Of a stretch of 64,000 nucleotides of DNA, positions 1-8,677 are shown in pieces; positions within the stretch are counted from its first letter, which is position 1; each line of letters opens with the position of its first letter. The position numbers and the translations under genes were made by a program. Source of the stretch: an uncultured delta proteobacterium (GTDB taxonomy: Bacteria; Myxococcota_A; Polyangia; Fen-1088); contig CAWCMR010000025.1 of assembly GCA_963796685.1 (NCBI GenBank), forward strand, positions 1,888,001 to 1,952,000. Direction: 5' to 3'. The notes under the pieces are model-generated. The model was not told the DNA's origin and did no database searches. It was given only the letters and a program-made list of their open reading frames with translations.

Positions 1-127
1 GAAGCGGCTACGGTCGAGGGCCAGAAAGACGTTGCGCGCCGAGAGCAGGGAGACCTCGTGCTCCGCCGAGCGGCCGCCGAAAAGAATGATCACGCGTGTT
101 CTTTTCACGTTTGCTTCCTTTGTGTGC

Positions 128-2227
128 TCATCGCCCTTCGCCTGCTGTCGCCGAAATTCCGAGCTCTTCGAACAGGAACGAAAGCTCGTCGGTGTACTGC
201 TCCACGATCTTGGCCATGGGCTTGCCCACGCCATGCCCGGCCTTGCCCTCGATGCGCAGGAGGATGGGCGCCTTGCCCGAGGTGGCGGCCTGCAGGCGCG
301 CGGCGAATTTGCGCGCGTGCATGGGATCCACGCGGGTGTCGGATTCGGCCGAAAAGATCAGGGTCGCGGGATAGGCGGTCCCATCCTTCACGTGGTGATA
401 GGGGGAATAGGCATAGAGGAAGGGAAACTGCTCCGGGTTTTCGGCCGAGCCGTACTCGGGGATCCACAAGCGCGCGATCTGCAGCAGGTGGTAGCGAACC
501 ATGTCGGTAAGCGGCACGCCGCACACGGCGGCCTTGAACAGATCCGGATGCTGGACGATGGTCGCCGCCACCAGCAGGCCACCGTTGGAACGGCCCGAGA
601 TGGCCAGGCGACTGGAGGAGGTGATCTTCTCGCGAATCAGGTACTCGGCGGCGGCGGCGAAATCGTCGAAGACGTTTTGCTTGCGTTCCAGCATGCCGGC
701 CCGGTGCCAGGCCTCGCCGTACTCGCCCCCACCGCGCAGGTTGGCCACCGCGTACACGCCGCCACGTTCGATGAACGGCCCCACCCACGCGGCGAACCCC
801 GGGGTCAGGCTTACGTTGAAGCCGCCATAGCCATAAAGCAGCGTCGGGTTGTTTCCGTCGTGCGCGAGGTTCTTCTTGTGCACGAGGAACATGGGCACGC
901 GCGTCCCGTCCTTCGACGGGTAGCGCACCTGCTCGACGGTGAAGGGGGTGGTGTCGATGGGCGCGGTCAGCTCCTGCCACAGGTCAGTTTTGCCCGTGCT
1001 CACATCGTGGCGCAGCACCTTGGTCGGGGTCAGGAACGAGGTGAAGGGAAGGTAGACCTCGCGCCGATCGTGACGGGCATGGATGGACGAAACCGAGCCC
1101 AGCCCGGGCAGCGCGATGTCGCGCAAGAGCTTGCCCCCGTTTGAGAAGACGCGCACGCGTGAGGACGCGTCCTGGAGGTAGAGCGCGACCAGCTTGCCGC
1201 CAGCGGCGGCCACGGATTCCAGGATGTCCTCGCCCTCGGGAATCACCAGTTTCCAGTGCTCGCGCTCGGGCTTTCGCGGATCGATCTGCCACAGCTGGTA
1301 GCGAGGCGCGCCTTCGTTGGCGACGACCAGCAGCCGGTCGTCGAGCACCTCGACCAGGTTGAAGATGGCGCTCCTGCCCGTGACCACCGGAATCGGCCCC
1401 TCGTGCGTGCGCGTGTCGAACAGGAAGATCTCGCTGTTGCTCCACCCCTCCGAAACTTCCACGGCCAGCCAGCGCCCGTCGGGCGACAGGTCCAGGTTCG
1501 GCCACGACGAAAAGCCGAGCCCTTCGCCGAAGATCCTCGGATCCGCGGCGGGATCGGTACCGAGGCGGTGCAGGTAGACCTGCCGATGGTAGTGCTCTTC
1601 GCCCGCCGGCACCGAGCCCGGCGTCGGGTAGCGTGTGTAGTAAAACCCGTCGCCCGCGGGCAGCCAGGCTAGCGAGCAGGCGCGCGCATAGGGGATGGTG
1701 TCTTCGCGGTCGCGGCCGGTGAGGACGTCGCGCACGCGCAGGGTCGAATTCTCGTCGCCGCTCGATGAAACGCCGTAGGCGAGCAGCGCGCCGTCTTCCG
1801 ACGGGTACCACCAGTCGAGGGACTGGGTTCCGTCGGCGGCAAGTTGGTTCACGTCGAGAAGGACGCGATCCTTGCCGCGCGTGCCCTCGCGCACGTAGAG
1901 CACGGGCTGGTTCTGCTTGCCTGCGCGCCGGGTGTGGAAGAGCCGCACCGTCTTGCCCTTGCCGCGTACCTCGGGTGCGCCCAGGCTGCCGGTTTCCTGC
2001 CAGCGCCACAGTCGCTCTTCCAGCCACGTGCGGCCTGGCACGGCGTCCAGGCGCTCACGCATGCGTCGATTCTGCTCTGCGGTCCAGGCCTTGACCTCGG
2101 CCGACTCGCCGTTTTCCAGCCAGCGATAGGGATCGCGCACCGCCACCCCGTGGATATTCTCGACCACGTTCTCGGTGCGCGTCGGTGCGGCAGCGACAAG
2201 CAGGGTGAAAGCCATGATGGTAAGCAA
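128..2227 (-). CDS. Prolyl oligopeptidase (S9A family), probably exported
   Basis: 699 aa; N-terminal DPYRWLE, beta-propeller region, [14 protein letters not shown], nucleophile GRSNGG, D(TRV) and C-terminal GHG catalytic motifs; hydrophobic N-terminus. Confidence 0.93.
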   Translation of the reverse strand: MLTIMAFTLLVAAAPTRTENVVENIHGVAVRDPYRWLENGESAEVKAWTAEQNRRMRERLDAVPGRTWLEERLWRWQETGSLGAPEVRGKGKTVRLFHTRRAGKQNQPVLYVREGTRGKDRVLLDVNQLAADGTQSLDWWYPSEDGALLAYGVSSSGDENSTLRVRDVLTGRDREDTIPYARACSLAWLPAGDGFYYTRYPTPGSVPAGEEHYHRQVYLHRLGTDPAADPRIFGEGLGFSSWPNLDLSPDGRWLAVEVSEGWSNSEIFLFDTRTHEGPIPVVTGRSAIFNLVEVLDDRLLVVANEGAPRYQLWQIDPRKPEREHWKLVIPEGEDILESVAAAGGKLVALYLQDASSRVRVFSNGGKLLRDIALPGLGSVSSIHARHDRREVYLPFTSFLTPTKVLRHDVSTGKTDLWQELTAPIDTTPFTVEQVRYPSKDGTRVPMFLVHKKNLAHDGNNPTLLYGYGGFNVSLTPGFAAWVGPFIERGGVYAVANLRGGGEYGEAWHRAGMLERKQNVFDDFAAAAEYLIREKITSSSRLAISGRSNGGLLVAATIVQHPDLFKAAVCGVPLTDMVRYHLLQIARLWIPEYGSAENPEQFPFLYAYSPYHHVKDGTAYPATLIFSAESDTRVDPMHARKFAARLQAATSGKAPILLRIEGKAGHGVGKPMAKIVEQYTDELSFLFEELGISATAGEGR

Positions 2228-2233
2228 TTCCTA

Positions 2234-3595
2234 TCACGCCCTCCCGGCCATGAGACGTTTTACGATGGGCGTGAGCGCCAGCAGCGCCGTCCCCGCGACG
2301 AAGGTAGAGACCACGAACATCAGGAAGAAGTCGGCCTGCCCGCCGAGCAGGTGGAAGACCTGCCCCTTTTCGACCTCCTCGACCGCGCCGGCGATGAAGC
2401 CGGCCAGCAGATCCGAGATGAACATGGAGAAGAACCAGGCCCCCATGGCCAGGGAGGCGAAGCGCGCGGGCGCGAGCTTGGTGACCATGGACAGTCCTAT
2501 GGGCGACAGGCACAGCTCGCCGCAGGTGTGCAGCACGTAGGTGACGATGAGCCAAAGGGGGCTCACGCGAACGCCGGTGTCGGAGATGCGCGCGCCCACG
2601 ACCAGCACGATGAACCCCGAACCGAGGAGGAACAGGCCGAGGGCGAAGCGCACCGGCGTGCTCGGCGCGCGCCTGCGTGCCTCGAGGGTCGTCCACAACC
2701 AGGCAAAGACCGGCGCCAGCAGGATCACCGAGATCGAGTTCACCGATTGAAAGTAGGGCGCCAGAAGATTGAAGCCGAGGAACATGCGCCGGGTGCGCTC
2801 CTCGGCGAAGAAGGTCATGGACGATCCCGCCTGCTCGAAGGCCATCCAGAAGAAGATGTTGAAGAAGGCCAGCACGGCGATGGCGGCGATGCCCTTCTTC
2901 TCGAGGGCCGTGAGCGGCTCCTTGGCCGTGCTCGTCTGCTTGGTCTGATGGGCTCGCTTGGCGGGAACATCGCCGATGGTGCCGAGAAAGCGCCGCTTGA
3001 GCAGCAGGTACACAATCAAGCCGAGCACCATGCCGAAGCCGGCGGCGGAAAAACCGACGTGCCAGTTGAAGGCATCGGCCAGCTTGGGGCAGACGATCTG
3101 GCCCATCGACGCGCCCAGGTTGATGCCCATGTAGAAGATGGTGAAGGCGGCGTCGCGGCGGCGATCCTTTTCGCTGTAGAGCTGACCCACCATGGTCGAG
3201 ATGTTCGACTTGAAGAACCCCGTGCCGAGGATGATGAGCGCCAGCCCGAGGAAGAAGGTTGGCTTGGCGGGCACGGCCAGGCAGAAGTGGCCGGAAGCGA
3301 TGATGATGCCGCCGATGATGATCGAACGATGGGTGCCGATGAGGCGATCGGCCAGATAGCCGCCGAGCAGCGGCGTGAGATACACCAGGCCCTGGTACCA
3401 GCCATAGAGGTGGCTCGCCTGCTCCTTGCTCCAGCCGAAGCCGCCCGCGCTGCTGATGAGAAACAGGGTCAGGAAGGCGCGCATGCCGTAGAACGAAAAA
3501 CGCTCCCACATCTCGACGCTGAAAAGCAGGAACAGGCCGGGCGGCTGCTTGGCTTGGCCCGCGTCCGGGCTGGCTGGCGCCACGTCGTGGTTCAT
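2234..3595 (-). CDS. Proton-dependent oligopeptide transporter (POT/PTR, MFS)
   Basis: EMWERFSFYGMR (ExxERFxYY-like) and FYMGINLG PTR motifs, GELCLSPIGLS; start placed at ATG 3595 (MNHDV), overlapping the upstream stop (ATGA). Confidence 0.92.
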   Translation of the reverse strand: MNHDVAPASPDAGQAKQPPGLFLLFSVEMWERFSFYGMRAFLTLFLISSAGGFGWSKEQASHLYGWYQGLVYLTPLLGGYLADRLIGTHRSIIIGGIIIASGHFCLAVPAKPTFFLGLALIILGTGFFKSNISTMVGQLYSEKDRRRDAAFTIFYMGINLGASMGQIVCPKLADAFNWHVGFSAAGFGMVLGLIVYLLLKRRFLGTIGDVPAKRAHQTKQTSTAKEPLTALEKKGIAAIAVLAFFNIFFWMAFEQAGSSMTFFAEERTRRMFLGFNLLAPYFQSVNSISVILLAPVFAWLWTTLEARRRAPSTPVRFALGLFLLGSGFIVLVVGARISDTGVRVSPLWLIVTYVLHTCGELCLSPIGLSMVTKLAPARFASLAMGAWFFSMFISDLLAGFIAGAVEEVEKGQVFHLLGGQADFFLMFVVSTFVAGTALLALTPIVKRLMAGRA

Positions 3596-3708
3596 CGCCT
3601 CGACTCTGCTCCCGTCATGCACGCTTGCCACCACGCCCTGGCCTTGGCGTGGAAGGGAGAATCGGCATCGTAAGCGTAAAGCAGGAGATTGATGTCGGGG
3701 ACAATCAT
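3592..3708 (-). pseudogene. vapC: Truncated VapC (PIN-domain toxin), first 38 aa only
   Basis: MIVPDINLLLYAYDADSPFHAKARAWW is a typical PIN-toxin N-terminus; stops after 38 codons; ATGA overlap with vapB stop. Confidence 0.8.
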
Positions 3709-3977
3709 CCACCCGCCCTGCGACGGCTCTTGGCAAGGATGCCATCCACCTCCAGGTCGTCGGCCAGCTTGTTGAGGCCGGTTGGAGCGATGCCGGGACG
3801 CAAGCTCATAGGGCGAGCCTCGATGACAAAGCGCGGGCGGCGGCTTGACGCCGGCTTGGTGCCAAGCCCCGAGCGGATGGCGTCGTTGAGCGTCTCCTTG
3901 AAGGACTTGTGGCGGCTGTGCATGGCGGTGCGCAGAAGCCGTTCCGCGTCCTTGTCCAAGGTTACCGTCGTTCGCAT
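3705..3977 (-). CDS. vapB: VapB-type ribbon-helix-helix antitoxin
   Basis: MRTTVTLDKD...SFKETLNDAIRSGL RHH signature, 90 aa, directly upstream of the PIN fragment. Confidence 0.85.
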   Translation of the reverse strand: MRTTVTLDKDAERLLRTAMHSRHKSFKETLNDAIRSGLGTKPASSRRPRFVIEARPMSLRPGIAPTGLNKLADDLEVDGILAKSRRRAGG

Positions 3978-3979
3978 GG

Positions 3980-4021
3980 TGACAGCATGATGCGCGCAAG
4001 GATGCTGTCAAGATGACAGCA
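3980..4021 (-). promoter_or_regulatory. vapB promoter/operator (leaderless)
   Basis: Perfect 9-bp inverted repeat TGACAGCAT (3980-3988)/ATGCTGTCA (4002-4010) plus a third half site at 4014-4021; minus-strand TTGACA (4011-4006)-N16-CATGCT (3989-3984), 6 nt before the ATG. Confidence 0.65.
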
Positions 4022-4060
4022 GACGCTGGGCGCAGGATAGGTACCCGCGCGGCAGCCGCT

Positions 4061-4945
4061 TCACATCGCGCAGGTTCCGGGCGAGTCGGCCATGATGCAG
4101 AGGGCGGTGCACCCGCACACGCGCGCCCCGCGACACGTCGGCCTGGACGACGGACAATCCGAATCACGCCAGCACCTGGCCTGCCCGAGATCCGCCTTCG
4201 CCTTGCACGACCCCTCTTTTGCCGGATCTTGGGCCGTGCACGTGGAGCCCACGCACTCCTCGCCAGTTCCGCAGTCCTCGTCGAGGTAGCAGCAGGCGCT
4301 ACTGGCGCTGGGGAGTGGGCACTGCCTGCCTCCGTCGGCCCCTTGCGTTCCGCCTGTTCCTGTGGAGCCGCCCGTGCCGGTCTCGCCGCCGGTCGCAATC
4401 GTTCCGCCCGTGCTGATCGCACCACCGGTCTCGATCGCGCCCCCGGTCGCGGTCGTGCCGCCCAGGCTGCTCGCTCCGCCGGTTGCCGCTATCCCACCCG
4501 TGCCGATCGTCCCCCCTGTCGCAGGCAACCCGCTGTTTCCGCCTGTGGCGTTTCCGCCGGTTCCCATCCGGCCTCCGGTTCCGCCGACCATCGTGCCGCC
4601 GGTCCCCGGTCCGCCACCCGTTCCCAGGGTGCCCGTGCCACCTGTTCCAATCGTCGTCGTTCCTCCGGTCCCAGCTCGTCCACCTGTACCGCTGTTACCT
4701 CCGGTCCCTGGCACCCCGCCTGTCGCTGTTGCTCCTCCGGTTGCGCTTGCTCCATCAGGGCCGGGCGCACCACCGGTTTGGGTCGGTCGATCCCTGGCCA
4801 CGGCATCCCCTGGGGCTGTCGGTGCTGTCGCCGCGTCATCCTGTGGGCCTCCGAGCCCGCTCTTGTCCGTGCTGCATCGGGTTGAGAGCGCGGAAACCGC
4901 GAGCAAGGCGGCAATCCGACAGATGCCCAGGGTACCTTTGGTCAT
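4061..4945 (-). CDS. Putative lipoprotein with Gly/Thr-rich (TGG) linker and Cys-rich C-terminal domain
   Basis: GGAGGAG RBS before ATG 4945; signal-like N-terminus ending in Cys; many TGG repeats; Cys-rich tail. Confidence 0.72.
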   Translation of the reverse strand: MTKGTLGICRIAALLAVSALSTRCSTDKSGLGGPQDDAATAPTAPGDAVARDRPTQTGGAPGPDGASATGGATATGGVPGTGGNSGTGGRAGTGGTTTIGTGGTGTLGTGGGPGTGGTMVGGTGGRMGTGGNATGGNSGLPATGGTIGTGGIAATGGASSLGGTTATGGAIETGGAISTGGTIATGGETGTGGSTGTGGTQGADGGRQCPLPSASSACCYLDEDCGTGEECVGSTCTAQDPAKEGSCKAKADLGQARCWRDSDCPSSRPTCRGARVCGCTALCIMADSPGTCAM

Positions 4946-5204
4946 GTCTCCTCCGGTAATGATGAATACACACTCGTAAGGGGATCGAGAACGGCCCAAT
5001 TGGGCAAGGCAACTACCCTCTCCATGGTCGTCGCATGGGTAGCACACTCGCCTTCAGTGACCCCCATGACCGGACATTTCCCACAAAACCCGCTATGAAT
5101 GTTTTGGAGAAGGAACTATTCTCCGCCCGGATCCCCTCTCAGCCCCGCGGGGAGGACGGGTAGGAGGACGGCAGAACCCAATCTTCCAGGAGCACCCCAC
5201 CAAG

Positions 5205-7646
5205 ATGAACCCCTTTGGCCATTTTGACGACAGCAAGCGCGAGTATGTAATCACCAGGCCTGACACGCCGCTGCCATGGCTCAACTACCTCGGGCAGGAC
5301 GAGTTTTTCGGACTCTGCACCAACACGGCGGGGGGATACACCTTCTGGAAGGACGCCAAGCTGCGGCGGCTCACGCGTTACCGCTACAACAATGTCCCAT
5401 ACGACTTGGGTGGCCGCTACATCTATGTGAACGACGGCGGCTCGGTGTGGAACCCGGGCTGGAAGCCGATCAAGGCCACCCTTGACAGCTACGAGTGCCG
5501 CCACGGGCTCGGCTATACGCGCATCATCGGGCAAAAGGACGGCTTGGAAGTCGAAATGCTGTTCTTCGTGCCGCCCGGCGAGAACCTGGAGCTGTGGAAG
5601 GTCACGGTTCGCAACAAGTCGAAGGTGGCCAAGCAGCCCAAGATTTTCACCTTCCAGGAGTTCTGCCTGTTCGATGCGGCCAACGACATGAACAACCTGC
5701 AACGCACCTACTCGATCGGCGAGGTCGAGATCGAGGGCAGCGCGATTTACCACAAGACGGAATACCGCGAGCGTCGCGATCACTACACGTTGTTCGCGTG
5801 CACGCGCCCCGTGGACGGCTTCGACACCAGCCGCGATGCCTTCGTCGGCATTCACGAGGGCCTGCACGATCCCAAGGTTCCGTTCGCCGGCAAGTGCACG
5901 GGCAGCAAGGCCTTCGGCTGGAACCCCATCGGCGCACACCAGATCGACTTGAACCTGGCACCCGGTCAGGAAGAGACCTTCTCGTTCATCCTGGCCTATG
6001 TCGAACAGGGCAGCGAGCCTAAGTACGACAAGGTCTACGTGATGAACAAGAAGGTGGGCAAGGCCATCGTCGCCAAGTACGGCAAGCCCGGCGCCGTCGA
6101 CGCCGCCTTTGCCAAGCTGGGCACGGTGTGGGGCGACCTGCTGTCGAACTTCCAGGCGCGAAGCCCGGATCCGCACGCCAACCGCATGCTCAACGTGTGG
6201 AACCAGTACCAGTGCATGGCCACCTTCAACATGAGTCGGTCGGCCAGCATGTACGAGACCGGCATCGGCCGCGGCATGGGCTTCCGTGACAGCAACCAGG
6301 ATCTGCTCGGCTTCGTGCACATGATCCCGTCGCGCGCCCGCGAGCGCATTCTCGATATCGCCGCGACCCAACTTTCCGACGGAACCTGCTTCCACCAGTA
6401 CCAGCCGCTGACCAAGAAGGGCAACGCAGAGATCGGCGGCGACTTCTACGACGACCACCTGTGGCTCATCCTGTCGACCTGCCAATACATCAAGGAGACC
6501 GGCGACCTCGGCATCCTGCAGGCGCCGTGCAGCTACGCCGACAAACCGGACGCCAAGACGGATCTCTTGCACCACCTGGAAGTCAGCATCGCGTACACGC
6601 TGAAGAAGCGCGGCCCGCACGGGCTGCCGCTGATCGGCCACGCCGACTGGAACGACTGCCTGAATCTGAACTGCTTCTCCACCGAGCCCAACGAGAGCTT
6701 CCAGTGCGCGGGTGACGTGAAGGGCAGCAACGCCGAGAGCGTGATGATCGCCGGCCTGTTCCTGTACGCCAGCCGCGAGATGGCGGCGCTGTACGACTTC
6801 ATGGGCAAGGGCGCGGACGCGAAACGCATGCGCGCCGGTTACGACGACATGCTCAACGTCATCGAGACCCACGCCTGGGACGGCGAATGGTACCGCCGCG
6901 CCTACGCCGCCGACGGCACGCCGGTGGGCAGCAAAGAGAACCCCGAGGGCAAGATCTTCATCGAGAGCCAGGGCTGGTGCGTGCTCGGCGGTGCCGGGCA
7001 GAACAACGGCCGCGCCAAGCAAGCCATGGAGAGCGTACACAAGCACCTCTTCACCAAGAACGGCGTGGTCTTGCAGCAGCCGCCCTATTCCACGTATCAC
7101 GTCGAGCTCGGCGAAGTGACCAGCTATCCGCCGGGCGTGAAGGAAAACGCCGGCATCTTCTGCCACAACAACACGTGGATCAATCTCGGCTGGTGTTTGC
7201 TCGGCGACGGCGACCGCGCCCTCGAGTACTACCTGTCCATCTGCCCGTCGGCCAAGGAAGACCAGATTGAGACCTACCGCAGCGAACCCTACGTCTACGC
7301 GCAGATGATCGCCGGCAAGGACGCCGTGTGCTTCGGCGAGGCCAAGAACAGCTGGCTCACCGGTACTGCGGCCTGGACCTTCGTCAGCGTCGCCGAGGGC
7401 CTGCTCGGCATCAAGGCCGACTACAGGGGCCTGAGCATCAATCCGTGCATTCCCAAGGCCTGGAAGGGCTTCACCGCCACCCGCAAGTTCCGCGGCGTCG
7501 AATACCAGATCGAGGTCAAGAACCCCGGCGGTATCTGCAAAGGCGTGAAGAAGGTCACCGTCGACGGCAAGTCAGTCGCCGGCAACGTGATCCCCTTCGA
7601 GGCCGGCAAGAAGGTGGTCAAGGTAGAGATCACCCTCGAGGCGTAG
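5205..7646 (+). CDS. GH94 phosphorylase (cellobiose phosphorylase-like)
   Basis: 813 aa; PDTPLPWLNYLG, GIGRGMGFRDSNQDLLG, catalytic DWNDCL, KENAGIFCH, NSWLTGTAAW; AGGAG RBS. Confidence 0.93.
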   Translation: MNPFGHFDDSKREYVITRPDTPLPWLNYLGQDEFFGLCTNTAGGYTFWKDAKLRRLTRYRYNNVPYDLGGRYIYVNDGGSVWNPGWKPIKATLDSYECRHGLGYTRIIGQKDGLEVEMLFFVPPGENLELWKVTVRNKSKVAKQPKIFTFQEFCLFDAANDMNNLQRTYSIGEVEIEGSAIYHKTEYRERRDHYTLFACTRPVDGFDTSRDAFVGIHEGLHDPKVPFAGKCTGSKAFGWNPIGAHQIDLNLAPGQEETFSFILAYVEQGSEPKYDKVYVMNKKVGKAIVAKYGKPGAVDAAFAKLGTVWGDLLSNFQARSPDPHANRMLNVWNQYQCMATFNMSRSASMYETGIGRGMGFRDSNQDLLGFVHMIPSRARERILDIAATQLSDGTCFHQYQPLTKKGNAEIGGDFYDDHLWLILSTCQYIKETGDLGILQAPCSYADKPDAKTDLLHHLEVSIAYTLKKRGPHGLPLIGHADWNDCLNLNCFSTEPNESFQCAGDVKGSNAESVMIAGLFLYASREMAALYDFMGKGADAKRMRAGYDDMLNVIETHAWDGEWYRRAYAADGTPVGSKENPEGKIFIESQGWCVLGGAGQNNGRAKQAMESVHKHLFTKNGVVLQQPPYSTYHVELGEVTSYPPGVKENAGIFCHNNTWINLGWCLLGDGDRALEYYLSICPSAKEDQIETYRSEPYVYAQMIAGKDAVCFGEAKNSWLTGTAAWTFVSVAEGLLGIKADYRGLSINPCIPKAWKGFTATRKFRGVEYQIEVKNPGGICKGVKKVTVDGKSVAGNVIPFEAGKKVVKVEITLEA

Positions 7647-7678
7647 GACGCTGGAGGGCGCAGAGGCGCCACTTCCAG

Positions 7679-7737
7679 CCTCGCCCCGCGTCCGCGCGGG
7701 GAGAGGCCGCTGCGCGGAGCGCAGCGGGTGAGGGGCG
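7679..7737. repeat. Short palindromic intergenic (REP-like) element
   Basis: CCTCGCCCCGCG..CGCGGGGAGAGG and CCGCTGCGC-GGA-GCGCAGCGG hairpins followed by GTGAGGGG; reverse complement nearly matches 62732-62787. Confidence 0.7.
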
Positions 7738-7929
7738 ACGGTCAGTCGGTGTACTCGTTCCATCGCATCATCTGCAGGAGCCTGGTCGTGACCCTCGCGT
7801 GCACGTTGGGGTAACGTTTGGCCATGAATCGGGCGACTACCTCGGCGTCGTCCGGCAATGTGAACTGCGAGGACGAGCTATGTGCCATGCGAAGCTGCTG
7901 GAGTCCGATCATGTTAGTCTGGATTTTCC

Positions 7930-8640
7930 ATGTTGCTGGACAGCGTTCAGGCGATTCGCTTCGTGGCCGAGCGGCTGGACGCGCTCGCTGAACGGGTGGT
8001 CTTTCTCGGGGGAGCGACCCTCGGCATCTTCATCACCGAGCCCGGCGCGGCCCCTCCGAGGCCGACGAAGGACGTCGATCTCATCGTGGAAATCACGATG
8101 CAGGAATACCTCGACAACAGTTTCCGCTCCCAGTTGCTGAGTCGAGGTTTTCGAGAAGTTACCGACGAACGAGTGATCTGCCGCTGGGAAATAGAAGGCA
8201 CGAAGGTGGACATCATGCCCGCCACGGCCACAATTTTCGGCTTTAGCAATCGCTGGTATCCGACGGCGGTTGCCCAGGCACAACGCTACCAGTTTCCCGA
8301 CGGACCGAGTATTCGACTGATATCCCCGGCTTGCTTTCTGGCGACCAAGCTCGAGGCCTTTGCCAATCGTGGCCAAGGCGATTTCTTCGGCAGTCACGAT
8401 CTCGAAGACGTCATCTCTGTCATTGATGGGCGCCCCACCATAGTCGAGGAGGTCGCGTCGGCGACACCTGAGATCCGGGACTACCTCGGCAGGGAGATCG
8501 CGCGACTCCTGACCAACGAGGCGTTCCTTGAGTCGCTTCCTGGCCAACTACGCGGTGACAGCGCGAGCCAAGCGCGTCTTCCAGGACTGAGAGCCCGGCT
8601 TCACAGGATCGCCCGCATGACTCCTCCGGTAGCGATATAG
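7930..8640 (+). CDS. Nucleotidyltransferase (AbiEii/DUF1814-like superfamily)
   Basis: VFLGG...RPTKDVDL Pol-beta NTase motif, KVDIMP, ATKLEAF..RG, SHDLEDVI. Confidence 0.75.
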   Translation: MLLDSVQAIRFVAERLDALAERVVFLGGATLGIFITEPGAAPPRPTKDVDLIVEITMQEYLDNSFRSQLLSRGFREVTDERVICRWEIEGTKVDIMPATATIFGFSNRWYPTAVAQAQRYQFPDGPSIRLISPACFLATKLEAFANRGQGDFFGSHDLEDVISVIDGRPTIVEEVASATPEIRDYLGREIARLLTNEAFLESLPGQLRGDSASQARLPGLRARLHRIARMTPPVAI

Positions 8641-8642
8641 TT

Positions 8643-8677
8643 TTGCATTTCGCGAAACGCGAAACTATAATAAATCC
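8643..8677 (+). promoter_or_regulatory. Sigma70-type leaderless promoter with internal operator
   Basis: TTGCAT (8643-8648)-17 bp-TATAAT (8666-8671), then 6 nt to ATG 8678; spacer holds palindrome TTTCGCGAAA and tandem CGCGAAA x2. Confidence 0.75.

Noticed and set aside
5139-7166. Long antisense ORFs (e.g. 5139-7166, 1844-3673, 21857-23464, 32751-34511, 61464-62684)
   Set aside because: Shadows of real genes on the opposite strand caused by high GC3; no recognisable motifs
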